A stretch of 64,000 bases of DNA from Candidatus Babeliales bacterium (GCA_041652535.1 JBAZHB010000002.1:1582-65581), one strand, 5' to 3'. Shown: positions 50,414-59,954, counted from the first letter of the stretch. The notes: generated by a model from the letters alone, not told the origin. Numbers and translations are program-made.

Positions 50414-51753
50414 TATGCCGCTTCTACTCTCTTACCCGTCAGCGTCCCCGCGTCCGTCGTTGTCTTTGCAAAAAATACCGTTGTCAGGCTTGAACTATCA
50501 TACACATCTGCATTAGCCTGCAATAGTGTCGTATATGAGTAGTTGTCTGCATCGCTAATGTATTCCCACACGCCCGTATTAAGCTGGTATAATTTGCCTA
50601 CACTTGCTGATTTGACCTGCGTATCGCCTGAAAAGTTGTAGTACCATGGTGCGGAGTTGACAACAAGGCGAATGTTTGCCCCTGCTGAAAATATGACTTG
50701 ATAGGGGTATAGCGAAGTCAAAACAGGCGAATCGGGGTAGGTTGTCCATGGCTGATAGTCGGGTGCGGATAGGGTCAGATATGAGGCGTCAAGGATGCGG
50801 GTGGGGGCTAATGTTAAACCTGTTTTAATTAGCCTTGAACTAGCCGTAGCATACAGAACATCGCCTAAGCAAACCATAGAATACGAATTATTTGTAAGCC
50901 CATATTCAGATGCTCCCACAATAATCCATGAATCTACATTATCGTATTTATACAGTGCTCCGCTTTGCCCTTCTACTCCGTATAACTCATTTTTACAAAC
51001 AGTAAGAGAAAACATTTCGCCACTCGGTAAGGGATTTGAAATTACTTCTATCCAAGAAGAAGTACCATCCCATTTATATAGTTGCTTGCCAAGATTAATT
51101 GTTGCATATACGGTTCCATTGAATTCTGCCGCACTATTAACCCAATTGCTACCTTGAGCGGAAACAATTACTACCCATGTATATATTCCATCCCAAAACA
51201 AGATTTTCCCCTTGGTTGTAACTGCATAAATACTATTATTTTTTACAAATAGTAATTTTATTATATCTTGATATTCTATATAAGGAGCCATTTCTACAAA
51301 TTCATTGTTAACTACTTTTACCAAATATCCTACACTTAATGCTAAATAAATTTCGCTATTGTAAACTATCCCCGCCGTTATACTCTCTTCAAACCATCCT
51401 ATGCTATTTACGTCAATCCAGCCATTTACCCCATCCCACTTTTTTAAATATGCAGAACTCATATATGTTTGCGAACCGTAAATAGCATTGTTGTATACCA
51501 AAATAGGTACAACATAATCGTAGTTTGGCGTGATTGCTATTTGTTCCCACGCATCTATACCGTTATATTTAAGTAGTCCGTAAATGTCCGTACCTGCGTG
51601 TATCTCTCCGTTTAACACTATCGAAATATTCGCAGGGATACTGTCTAATTGTGGTGCAGCCAACGACCACCCGTATGGAGCCGTATCCATCCTAAACGCC
51701 GCACACCCTCCCCTTGCCATCATTGCACTTGCACCCATCAGACCACCTCCCAA
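50374..51753 (-). CDS. tail-associated beta-propeller-like repeat protein (candidate receptor-binding protein)
   Basis: At least 6 repeats of roughly 45 aa with ..IY(A/G)....G.L.K(W/Y)DG...W..V pattern. Confidence 0.4.
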   Translation of the reverse strand: MGGGLMGASAMMARGGCAAFRMDTAPYGWSLAAPQLDSIPANISIVLNGEIHAGTDIYGLLKYNGIDAWEQIAITPNYDYVVPILVYNNAIYGSQTYMSSAYLKKWDGVNGWIDVNSIGWFEESITAGIVYNSEIYLALSVGYLVKVVNNEFVEMAPYIEYQDIIKLLFVKNNSIYAVTTKGKILFWDGIYTWVVIVSAQGSNWVNSAAEFNGTVYATINLGKQLYKWDGTSSWIEVISNPLPSGEMFSLTVCKNELYGVEGQSGALYKYDNVDSWIIVGASEYGLTNNSYSMVCLGDVLYATASSRLIKTGLTLAPTRILDASYLTLSAPDYQPWTTYPDSPVLTSLYPYQVIFSAGANIRLVVNSAPWYYNFSGDTQVKSASVGKLYQLNTGVWEYISDADNYSYTTLLQANADVYDSSSLTTVFFAKTTTDAGTLTGKRVEAAYWKDGASNRRINL

Positions 51754-53264
51754 GCTGTTGTAACACCTGTGCGCACCGTGACACTCTCCTGTGGGTATAG
51801 GTATTTTGTCAACGTACCGTCCGTCACCGTCACCATGCCGTTTGCTGCGTTTGCATTATGGATACAAAACATTACAATGCCATCGTGGTCTACTGCGCTG
51901 CCTGCAATGTTTTTATCTGTGGTAGGGTCGGGCAGGGTAATTATGGTTGTGCCGGTGACATTGACTTGCCTTGCGCTCGCCCAGGTGAGAGTTGTGGCGG
52001 TGGTTATGGCGCTGCCATCGTCTATAGTGGGGTCGTCGGTGTCAACTAAAACACTTTTAGCCTTTGCTCCTGCCGGCCAATCAATGTCCACATATAAATT
52101 TGTCTGTGTTATCGCGCCCGTGCTGTCGATATAGGTATTGCTGATTCCTCCGCTTTCTTTTGCCTTTGAGACTACCTTTTCTAAATACTCCATGCCCGTC
52201 TGGTTGCCCTGAGTAGAAAAATTGTCAGACTTTCTCACGGAGCATTGAAGGGTACAATGCAGGTTCTGGTTGCCGTTGTCCTGCAAGGTGACTTCTTCAA
52301 TGAGGTAGTATGTATCCGAGCTTATCCCGAATGTCGGTAGATTGACTTTCAGTTTTGTTCCGGCAATCCAGTCGAGCGTCCATGATTTGATTGTCAGTGT
52401 TCGGGGAATTATGCCGAACTTTTTCAGTGCATTTGTTGCCGCTGTTGTAGCATCTGCCAGGAGGTCAATATTGCCATCATTTATTACTGTGCCATATACG
52501 CCCGTGCCGCCCTCTATTGCCGCCCGTGCCGTCTGTTCTGTGGTGTCCTCCTCATACGTTTGTATTGCATACCCATCGTCGCCAATGCCGCCGCGGACAA
52601 ATACCTTATTCGCATATCCGTCGAGTGACTTTTCATACGATTCAATCTCAAAGTCGGTAAACGCGCCGCCCTCAACAATGTCATGCGCTGCGGCTACCTC
52701 TGCATCATCGGCAACAAAGTATAATGCTTTGCTGTCGTCGATATACCATTTATATCCGGAGGCTGCCGCCATTTCGTTTAGGATTTCACCGCACGATTTG
52801 CACACCGCGTCATATTCACCATCGCCCACAGGGTCAGCTCCTGTGGAGATAGTGCCTGCCGTAATACCTTCTGAGCTTAATACGGGGGTATAGGGTGTTA
52901 CCTGACTGGCTATCAAGTCTGTTACAACATAGCCTGCCGATTTTTGGTCATAGGGGTTTGTTATTGTCCTCCTTGACGGTATACTGCCATAGCCATTTGA
53001 GGTGATACTGAGTTGTATCTTTTTTCCTGCGCCATATCCCGCCTCCAGCTTTTCATGCTGGATTGACTGAATAACGCCGCCGAATATGACTGTAGCGCCA
53101 TCTAAAACTTGCACATCCTGTCCCACATCCGGAAGGTATGCGGAGGTAGTGACAACGGAGAATGAGCAGTCGTTTTTGTGCCCTGTCCTGCGCGTGACAG
53201 ATAAAGAGCCTGCTAATAACAGGCTCGTTTTATCTATTGTTGCAATTTTTAGTGTATATGCCAT
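51738..53264 (-). CDS. distal tail / baseplate-hub-like structural protein
   Basis: 508 aa. First large gene after the tape measure. MAYTLKIATIDKTSLLLAGSLSVTRRTGH... as in siphovirus tail components. Confidence 0.45.
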   Translation of the reverse strand: MAYTLKIATIDKTSLLLAGSLSVTRRTGHKNDCSFSVVTTSAYLPDVGQDVQVLDGATVIFGGVIQSIQHEKLEAGYGAGKKIQLSITSNGYGSIPSRRTITNPYDQKSAGYVVTDLIASQVTPYTPVLSSEGITAGTISTGADPVGDGEYDAVCKSCGEILNEMAAASGYKWYIDDSKALYFVADDAEVAAAHDIVEGGAFTDFEIESYEKSLDGYANKVFVRGGIGDDGYAIQTYEEDTTEQTARAAIEGGTGVYGTVINDGNIDLLADATTAATNALKKFGIIPRTLTIKSWTLDWIAGTKLKVNLPTFGISSDTYYLIEEVTLQDNGNQNLHCTLQCSVRKSDNFSTQGNQTGMEYLEKVVSKAKESGGISNTYIDSTGAITQTNLYVDIDWPAGAKAKSVLVDTDDPTIDDGSAITTATTLTWASARQVNVTGTTIITLPDPTTDKNIAGSAVDHDGIVMFCIHNANAANGMVTVTDGTLTKYLYPQESVTVRTGVTTAWEVV

Positions 53265-53278
53265 ATGGTATCACCACC

Positions 53279-53479
53279 TTAAAATGCGAATCCGGCTAAT
53301 TTGAGTTTTTCAACTATTAATGCTGCAATTGTTTCAGTGTCACTTACAGTGGAAATACTGGTAATCAATTCTGTTGCCACAGGTTTGCTTGAATTAAGTT
53401 TTTTCAATTCTCCAGCAATTTCTTCTATTCGCCATAACAATTCTTTTTCAATCCCAATCGTTACTTTTATTTCTTCCAT
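53279..53479 (-). CDS. small structural-module protein
   Basis: 66 aa; RBS AAAGGAGAA. Confidence 0.4.
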   Translation of the reverse strand: MEEIKVTIGIEKELLWRIEEIAGELKKLNSSKPVATELITSISTVSDTETIAALIVEKLKLAGFAF

Positions 53480-53494
53480 CTCGTTTCTCCTTTC

Positions 53495-55822
53495 CTAGAA
53501 GGCATATCCTGCCGCCCTCAATTTCTTTACTATCGTGTTGGCTATTGCCTCTGCATCGCCCTTGCTGCCGGTCACATTCAGGATAAGCTGCTTTTCAATG
53601 ACTGTTTCCGCTTTCTGATTAGCCGTGAACATTTTGGAGGACTCGCCGCCGGCAATGGAATACTTCTGATTGTATAATTTTTGATATTCCTGTAACTGTG
53701 CGCCGGACATTTTAGCAAGAGCTTTGACGGAGTCCACAGAGCCTGCGCCCATGCTTCGGAGGTCACTGATTAAGTCTGCGCTTACGCCGCGCTTTTCAAG
53801 TGTAGCCAATGAGCTGCGCCATTCACCCATGGCTTTGACTTGCGCTTTTAGGCGGGTAAGCAACCTCTCTCCCGAGACTGATTTACGCTCAAACACATCA
53901 AACAATCCGACGAAATTTGCAAAGGCTGTGGTTTGCTGTTTTATAGCGTCAATCATTGACTTGATGCTGTTTCTAAAGGTATCAACACCTTTTTCCGCTG
54001 TGTCTGCGCTTTTCGTGATTTCCTCAAGAAGCTTCTTATAATCGGCTGCTGCTTTTTTAGCCTCTTCGGATCCTGCTGCTGCTCCGTCTAATATTTTAGG
54101 CAGTTTTACATCGCCCATTGCTTTTTGAATGGCATTGCTAAAATCCGTTCCGATGCTCTTGCCGTAGTCCGGATTTTTATTTATATAGTCTAGAGTGACT
54201 TCGGCTTGAGCGCCTACACCAAAATTCTTTTTGAATCTATCTGTGTATTCCTGTATTTTGGATTCGCTCATACTGATAGAACCGGCAGCAACGCCAGGTA
54301 TTTTTTCCATCAGTTTTAGTATCGAATTAACAAAATTCAAATATTTGGTATATAATCCTGTCCAAAAGTTTGCCCACCACACCTCAAGAGGCAAAAAGGT
54401 TTTAGGTATATCCACAGCAAGGAGTTTCCACCCTGCATCCATAGCGCCTCTGACATTCTCATCCGTGTTGTACAAATAGATAAGCCCTGCAACCAATCCG
54501 GCTATTGCGATAATTACCAGTCCCGCCGGAGTCACCAAAAAACTGAGCATACTCATTAGTCCACTGATGCCTATTGCCACCTGTCCGGCTATTATCAGGA
54601 GCGGACCGAGAGCCGCAACTATACCAAACACGGCTGCAATAAAACCTTGAGTACTTGCAGGTAAGGCCAAAAACTTGTCAACCAAACCGACAACAAAATC
54701 GATAAACTTTTTAATGGCCGGAATTACTCTATCCTCAACAATCTTTACTATCTTTTCCATCACAGGAAGAAATTTCACCGCAATATCTGAACCTAATTTT
54801 GCAAATATCTGCTTGATTTCGTCAAATTTATCACCCATTGCATCTAGTGCGTCAAGTTCAGTTTGTGACAATACTAAATTTAAATCTTTAGCCCGTTTGA
54901 GGTATTTATCCATTTCATCGGCGTTGGCACGGATAAGAGGAATTAAATCTTGAAAACTTTTTCCGAATATCTTACTTGCAACTTCTGCCTGCAAGGTTTC
55001 GTCACTTATTCCACCAAGTTTTTTAATTGTTTCGAAAAACGTCTCGTTTATAGGGCGTAATGTTCCATCAGTTTCTTTCAAACTTACTTTGAGTGCTGAG
55101 AATATTTTTGCCATCTCGCTTTTTGAGTCGTTTGCGGTTGTAAGCGCACGTGTAAACTTGGAGAAACTACCCGTTATGGTTTCAAAGGAAACGTCAACCT
55201 GTGTTGCGGCATACTTCAATTGCTGTAAATATTCTGTGCTCATGCCCGTTGTTACTGACAGAATATTTATACTTTCAGCATATTCAGCGGCTTTTGCCGT
55301 TAATGCCACCATTGCGGTTGTTGCTGCAACCATCGAGCCGGTCACATACATAGACATTGACCTGCCCATGGAAGTCATTTTTTCGCCCGCGGTTTTTAGT
55401 TGACCGCTTACTGCAGTAAGACCGTTTTTGAAGTTCTGTAGCGGTGTGAGACCGCCGCCGATTTCCTTATTGAGTTTGGCTTGCTGGATTTGCAGGTCAA
55501 GAAGCTTGTTTTTGTAAGTCATCGCTTCTTTTGACGCCGCGCCCTTTGCTGTCGTGACTTCCTGCATCTTCTTCTTGGTAATATCTATTTGTGCCGACAA
55601 TGCCGCCTGAGTGCTTGAGTTGGCTTTTGCCTGTTGTGCCAATCCCTTTAAGCTGTTACTTGCTGCATTGTTTTTGACTTTCCATAATTCAAGTTCCTTG
55701 TTGATTGAGGCGGTTGCCTGTTTGGCAATATCTATGCCCTGTTTGTAACTGGATGCGTCAAGTATCAATTTTGAAACTAATGTTTTATCTGCCAATTTAA
55801 CCACCTCACTTTTTAAAGGCAC
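53495..55822 (-). CDS. tail tape measure protein
   Basis: 775 aa. Long coiled-coil N-terminus, central hydrophobic glycine-zipper-like block (AAVFGIVAALGPLLIIAGQVAIGISGL...), position after the chaperone genes. Confidence 0.85.
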   Translation of the reverse strand: MPLKSEVVKLADKTLVSKLILDASSYKQGIDIAKQATASINKELELWKVKNNAASNSLKGLAQQAKANSSTQAALSAQIDITKKKMQEVTTAKGAASKEAMTYKNKLLDLQIQQAKLNKEIGGGLTPLQNFKNGLTAVSGQLKTAGEKMTSMGRSMSMYVTGSMVAATTAMVALTAKAAEYAESINILSVTTGMSTEYLQQLKYAATQVDVSFETITGSFSKFTRALTTANDSKSEMAKIFSALKVSLKETDGTLRPINETFFETIKKLGGISDETLQAEVASKIFGKSFQDLIPLIRANADEMDKYLKRAKDLNLVLSQTELDALDAMGDKFDEIKQIFAKLGSDIAVKFLPVMEKIVKIVEDRVIPAIKKFIDFVVGLVDKFLALPASTQGFIAAVFGIVAALGPLLIIAGQVAIGISGLMSMLSFLVTPAGLVIIAIAGLVAGLIYLYNTDENVRGAMDAGWKLLAVDIPKTFLPLEVWWANFWTGLYTKYLNFVNSILKLMEKIPGVAAGSISMSESKIQEYTDRFKKNFGVGAQAEVTLDYINKNPDYGKSIGTDFSNAIQKAMGDVKLPKILDGAAAGSEEAKKAAADYKKLLEEITKSADTAEKGVDTFRNSIKSMIDAIKQQTTAFANFVGLFDVFERKSVSGERLLTRLKAQVKAMGEWRSSLATLEKRGVSADLISDLRSMGAGSVDSVKALAKMSGAQLQEYQKLYNQKYSIAGGESSKMFTANQKAETVIEKQLILNVTGSKGDAEAIANTIVKKLRAAGYAF

Positions 55823-56216
55823 TTTCTATCCCATTGAATACAACTTCCTCTATCTTTTGATATGCCTCGTCTTTGGACTCATCGAAGGCAGGGCGAATCC
55901 AAGGACGGGCAGGTTCATGGGAAGATCCGTATTCCGAGAACTTGCCATAAAATGCCTTAGTTATATCACCTTTTGAAATACCCACTATCTGCGAATACAC
56001 CCCGCTTTTGAGTTTGCGGACAGTGCCTATTTTTATATTTCGCTGCAATTCACCTGTTCTTTTATGTAGCACTGAATAAACCTTGCGTTTCATGGCATCT
56101 AGAACAGGCTTTGCACCTTCATTAAGCGCCTTTTTAAAAACTGTTTCGCCTTCCTTGCCCATGTTGTCGAGGGCGTCTATCATTTCCTGGAAGCCATCTG
56201 TTTCAAGTTCAATCAT
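55806..56216 (-). CDS. HK97 gp10-family head-tail component (in an unusual position)
   Basis: MIELETDGFQEMIDALDNMGKEGE...HKRTGELQRNIKIG...KFSEYGSSHEPARPWIRPAF. ATG overlaps the T-frame stop (ATGA). Confidence 0.6.
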   Translation of the reverse strand: MIELETDGFQEMIDALDNMGKEGETVFKKALNEGAKPVLDAMKRKVYSVLHKRTGELQRNIKIGTVRKLKSGVYSQIVGISKGDITKAFYGKFSEYGSSHEPARPWIRPAFDESKDEAYQKIEEVVFNGIESAFKK

Positions 56217-56760
56217 AATCGCACACCCTCTTTCATAGCCATCAAGGACTTTTCCCATGCCCTTTCCTCTTCTGTTAACAGGCAATAGGCTTTCCATTCC
56301 GTGACTTCTGCTGATGACATTCTTTCTAAAACCTCATCCCGCGTCATACAGAGCGCAAGAGCTAGACCGAAATAGAATCGCTCTTCGGGTTGCTCTCTGA
56401 GTTTTTTGCCGCTTCCTCAACCGACTTTTCAGCCAATCCATTGAGTTTGAATACTTCCTCGCAAAGTTTTTGAATCACATCCCCATTTTTAGCAGCAAGA
56501 AGGTCTATTTCATCATCTGTAAAAAGTCTCTTTCCTTCTTCGTCGCATAGGCTCATTGCTACCGCCCATACCTGACCGTCAAAAATGGTCTCATAATTGA
56601 CATGCCCGCCGCCTTCGTCGATATTCACGGATTTACTGATATACGCGCTTCTGTCCTTCGCTGACCATTTTCTCAGATAGACTGTCCCGCCCCACTCAGG
56701 GACTTCGACTTCTTTTAAGCCAAAGTCCCTTGCGTTTAAAATTGAATCTCTGTTTAACAT
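56213..56760 (-). CDS. tail assembly chaperone -1 frameshift fusion product (G-T-like)
   Basis: The -1 frame is open from the slippery A-AAA-AAC and reads LREQPEERFYFGLALALCMTRDEVLERMSSAEVTEWKAYCLLTEEERAWEKSLMAMKEGVRL*. Confidence 0.6.
56362..56760 (-). CDS. tail assembly chaperone (G-like, zero frame)
   Basis: 132 aa from ATG 56760 (RBS AAGGGAGG). Located between the tail tube genes and the tape measure. Confidence 0.65.
   Translation of the reverse strand: MLNRDSILNARDFGLKEVEVPEWGGTVYLRKWSAKDRSAYISKSVNIDEGGGHVNYETIFDGQVWAVAMSLCDEEGKRLFTDDEIDLLAAKNGDVIQKLCEEVFKLNGLAEKSVEEAAKNSESNPKSDSISV
56401..56407 (-). promoter_or_regulatory. -1 programmed ribosomal frameshift heptamer A AAA AAC
   Basis: Zero frame GCA AAA AAC, 13 codons before the G stop. 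The -1 frame is open across the site. Confidence 0.6.
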
Positions 56761-56773
56761 AAAAATCCTCCCT

Positions 56774-57187
56774 TTATGCTGCAACGGTCGATAATACACT
56801 ACCGCTGACAATCAAATTTGCTGAATAAGTTATTTGCCCGCCTATAGGCGCCTTGACATCATAGGATGTTACAAAGCACTCACCTTTTTTCAACACTGCA
56901 CCTGTGCCGGTCGAATACGGATAGTATTCAAAAGACTTTGTATCCGAACTCCCGGCAATCCCGGCCAATACCGTGTCAACCGTGGTTGAATATTGCCCGG
57001 ATATTGAACCGTTTGCGGATGGTAAACCCATTACATAATTTTTTGCCGTGTCCGTGAATCCGGTTACCTCTACTGTATCAGCAGATATTGGAAGTGATAC
57101 GTCCGTCATGCCTGTAGAAATATCCGTTAGACTTCCCGCAGCGTTGTCGATGAAAAACCTTGCTGATTTGCCATGATAAAAACTCAT
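56774..57187 (-). CDS. tail tube protein paralog 2 (short)
   Basis: 137 aa. MSFYHGKSARFFIDN...VTGFTDTAKNYVMGL parallels the N-terminus of 57204..57902. Confidence 0.5.
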   Translation of the reverse strand: MSFYHGKSARFFIDNAAGSLTDISTGMTDVSLPISADTVEVTGFTDTAKNYVMGLPSANGSISGQYSTTVDTVLAGIAGSSDTKSFEYYPYSTGTGAVLKKGECFVTSYDVKAPIGGQITYSANLIVSGSVLSTVAA

Positions 57188-57203
57188 AAAATCATCTCCC
57201 TTT

Positions 57204-57902
57204 TTAATTTCGATTTAGCGCCACACCAAAAGTGCAGCTCGCTGTTAACGTACATGAAGCCTTGACATACCGTCTGATTTCGCCGTCGATAGCCACCCTT
57301 TGAGCCGATGCCCCCGCAGGTGCCGTATCAAACGTTGCGACTGTAGCCCAGCTGGAACCGTCGCTTGAGTGGTCGATTACGATTGCCGCGTCGGATGTAG
57401 CCGTTGCCGTGACCTGTAAATATCCTGCGCCGCCATTTGTGGATTTGGCAGTATTGTCCAGAGCTGCACCTGAACTGGAAGCTGTTGCCGCTGCTACCGC
57501 ACGAACGCATTTGACGGGCTCCTTGCCGACATTGGACTGACATACGGTTGCCACCCTGACAGCGCCGGAAATCGACGCCTTGACGTCATACTGTGTGTTG
57601 TAACCCTTCATCCCGTAGCCAGGCATTCCCGCAGACTCGCGCGGATACCATGTCCACACGTTGGCGTCAGTAGATATCGCATCATCAAGGTATTGGTCGA
57701 TTTCACCTGTTGAACCTGTACCGAATCCCTCCGCGTTTAGCGTCGCGCTTTTTATTCCCATGACATATTTTTTGGCTGTATCGGTGAAAACTGTTGTTTC
57801 GGCGGTATCAGCCGCCATGCTGACATTTACAGTGTCCATGTAGCTCGACATGGGATTGCCGTTTAGATAAACTTTTGAACCTTTGCCATGATAAAAACTC
57901 AT
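57204..57902 (-). CDS. major tail (tube) protein paralog 1 with C-terminal extra domain
   Basis: 232 aa. MSFYHGKGSKVYLNG...TVFTDTAKKYVMGI. C-terminal VIDHSSDGSSWATVATF..RRYVKA domain. Confidence 0.55.
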   Translation of the reverse strand: MSFYHGKGSKVYLNGNPMSSYMDTVNVSMAADTAETTVFTDTAKKYVMGIKSATLNAEGFGTGSTGEIDQYLDDAISTDANVWTWYPRESAGMPGYGMKGYNTQYDVKASISGAVRVATVCQSNVGKEPVKCVRAVAAATASSSGAALDNTAKSTNGGAGYLQVTATATSDAAIVIDHSSDGSSWATVATFDTAPAGASAQRVAIDGEIRRYVKASCTLTASCTFGVALNRN

Positions 57903-58033
57903 TCAATCACCTCCTTGACATAAAAATAACGTCCTAGTGGACGTCCATGCGCCAGAACCTATGTTTACTGCGCTTGACTCTCAAGTGCTTCTTTTGACAC
58001 TGTTTGTAAACTTCTTTGATTATTTGTTTCATT

Positions 58034-58438
58034 TCACGCCTCCGTATGGTAAATTAGTAAGTCGATTACCTTCCCGAATCTTCCGGTATCATCCTCGTAA
58101 CTGTCCGGGCCCTCGTCCAGCTCAATGTTTTTCACAGGCACCCCGCCAGTGCTGCCCATCGTTTGATTCATGTAGTTTTGTGTCGCTGCCCTGATTTGCT
58201 CCTGTACTGCCGATACTCCTGTATAAGTTAAAGCCCAGGAAGTCGTTTGAATCCGCGTCATGGCTCCGATGTCTGCCGAAAATCCAGGTATTTTGGTAGA
58301 GTCTATTTTTTGCAGCGTAACTGCCGGAAGTGTCGGGGTTTGTGGCAGCTTTAAAAAATGAATCCGGTTTGAGACTAATGCAGTCAAGCCGGATTGTGCT
58401 AAAAGATAAGCCAATAATGCTTCTTCTATTACCATCAA
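58034..58438 (-). CDS. DUF3168-like tail completion/terminator protein
   Basis: IEEALLAYLLAQSGLTALVSNRIHFLKLPQTPTLPAVT. Confidence 0.55.
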   Translation of the reverse strand: MMVIEEALLAYLLAQSGLTALVSNRIHFLKLPQTPTLPAVTLQKIDSTKIPGFSADIGAMTRIQTTSWALTYTGVSAVQEQIRAATQNYMNQTMGSTGGVPVKNIELDEGPDSYEDDTGRFGKVIDLLIYHTEA

Positions 58439-58782
58439 ATCACTTCCTTTGCCATTATTGCGAGTTCTTTATTAGCCTCGTTCCAGTTTGAAATTCCAAG
58501 AAATTGCAGATATCGATTTTTGTATTTTAGTCTCATTGTTGTACTGATTCCCGAACGATATCTCATTCGAATTTTATAACGCGTTTCGCTGATTCTTTCC
58601 TGTGGTGTCCACTTTTCATCACCTGCAACTGCATCTTCATTACTTCTTGAAACGTTAATACTGCACCATATAGTAACAAGGTCAGTCCATGTTTCTATAT
58701 CTTCATTAAAGCTATTTTTTGACTTCGCGGGGTATTGTATTGTACCTCTTTTGTCCAAATCTCCTGCTCTCATTAAAACCAC
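58435..58782 (-). CDS. head closure / head-tail adaptor protein
   Basis: AGDLDKRGTIQ...WTDLVTIWCSI...YKIRMRYRSGI...LKYKNRYLQFLGISN. Confidence 0.65.
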   Translation of the reverse strand: MVLMRAGDLDKRGTIQYPAKSKNSFNEDIETWTDLVTIWCSINVSRSNEDAVAGDEKWTPQERISETRYKIRMRYRSGISTTMRLKYKNRYLQFLGISNWNEANKELAIMAKEVI

Positions 58783-59714
58783 ACCCTTTTATTCGCCAGC
58801 AATCTTTTAGCGGCCAATGGTATTTCTTTGAGCTCGCCGTATTTCGTATCCCGTGAGTTTTCGCGGTTTTCGTAAAGGTCACCGACAATAAGTTTCATGG
58901 CCTGCTTTATGATTTTTGGTATGTTCGTTGACGTTCCATAACCTGCCACATATTCAATGTTAATCGGATTCACTGGATACAAAGTGTCGGAAGGCCAGCT
59001 TCCGTCGTACGGTAAAACTATTCTGCCAGGCTCTGAGTTTGTATCGACAATGTAATCGTCTGTGCTCATGGTATTAACTGTCCCGTCGCAGTCGGTATAT
59101 TTTACTGAGGCAACAGAAACTAATGGCGCATAAGGTATTTTGATATGGTCTTTGCAAGGGAATTCATCAATATAATAATTCCAAGTCTGGTTTATAAGCC
59201 TGCGGCCAATATGTCCCTCAACGGCATCCCTTGCAACTGTTATAAAACTTTCGATATCTGCATCCTCTGCTGATTCCGGCGCAACCTCAACAATATTCAC
59301 ACCGTACACCGCGTCGCCTGCAACAGTCGCACATGCGCGTATATATTGTTTTGTTCCGCTGTACTCAGTTTCAACAACCGAATTTTGTGTTGCTGTTGAC
59401 AGGGTGGAGGTTGAGCCCACAACATCTGAATAGGTTACATTATCGTCCGATTCCTCCAGGTGGATGGTAACTGTCGCGCCTGCGTTAACTACACCTGCTA
59501 TGGCATTGGCTACAACGGAATTGCCCATTACGTCTATACCTGTACCTGTAGACGTTCCTGTTGAATATGCAGCCACATTGATTGACGGCGTTTCGGTTAT
59601 CGAATCAGCGACAGTGCCCGAATCTATCCGAAGATGGTTTTTAATGTCAGTGACGCTTACCGGTTCCTCTGTCGGCTCGGTTTTAATTTTCAATGCCCAT
59701 CTGTCAGGGAACAT
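58773..59714 (-). CDS. gp6-like head-tail connector with an inserted N-proximal beta-rich domain
   Basis: C-terminal half FITVARDAVEGHIGRRLINQTW...INIEYVAGYG...AMKLIVGDLYENRE. N-half has TVTIHLEESDDNVTYSDV..KQYIRA. Confidence 0.6.
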   Translation of the reverse strand: MFPDRWALKIKTEPTEEPVSVTDIKNHLRIDSGTVADSITETPSINVAAYSTGTSTGTGIDVMGNSVVANAIAGVVNAGATVTIHLEESDDNVTYSDVVGSTSTLSTATQNSVVETEYSGTKQYIRACATVAGDAVYGVNIVEVAPESAEDADIESFITVARDAVEGHIGRRLINQTWNYYIDEFPCKDHIKIPYAPLVSVASVKYTDCDGTVNTMSTDDYIVDTNSEPGRIVLPYDGSWPSDTLYPVNPINIEYVAGYGTSTNIPKIIKQAMKLIVGDLYENRENSRDTKYGELKEIPLAAKRLLANKRVWF

Positions 59715-59718
59715 ATAA

Positions 59719-59952
59719 TCACCTCTTTCTGGTTACCGGTTTTCTTGCCGGACTCCTTGCAACTGGTTTCGGCATCATGGCGTTTTCAGGAGCACGTACC
59801 ATCTGCGTTTCAATTTTTGACATGCTGATTAATTCCGCACATCCTGATTCAATCAACTGTCTGCCTACGGAATCCTCGACATCCATAGCAGTTCCTGGCG
59901 CGCATGATATCTCTGGACTCATCCATCTTGTTTTCATTCTCACTTTGTACAT
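59719..59952 (-). CDS. small basic head-module protein
   Basis: 77 aa; RBS GGTAGGTGG. Confidence 0.4.
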   Translation of the reverse strand: MYKVRMKTRWMSPEISCAPGTAMDVEDSVGRQLIESGCAELISMSKIETQMVRAPENAMMPKPVARSPARKPVTRKR

Positions 59953-59954
59953 TT

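Noticed and set aside
49304-53264. Diversity-generating retroelement targeting the tail fibre genes
   Set aside because: No reverse transcriptase ORF is present in the window. No template/variable repeat pair was seen. The internal repeats are protein-level motifs only.
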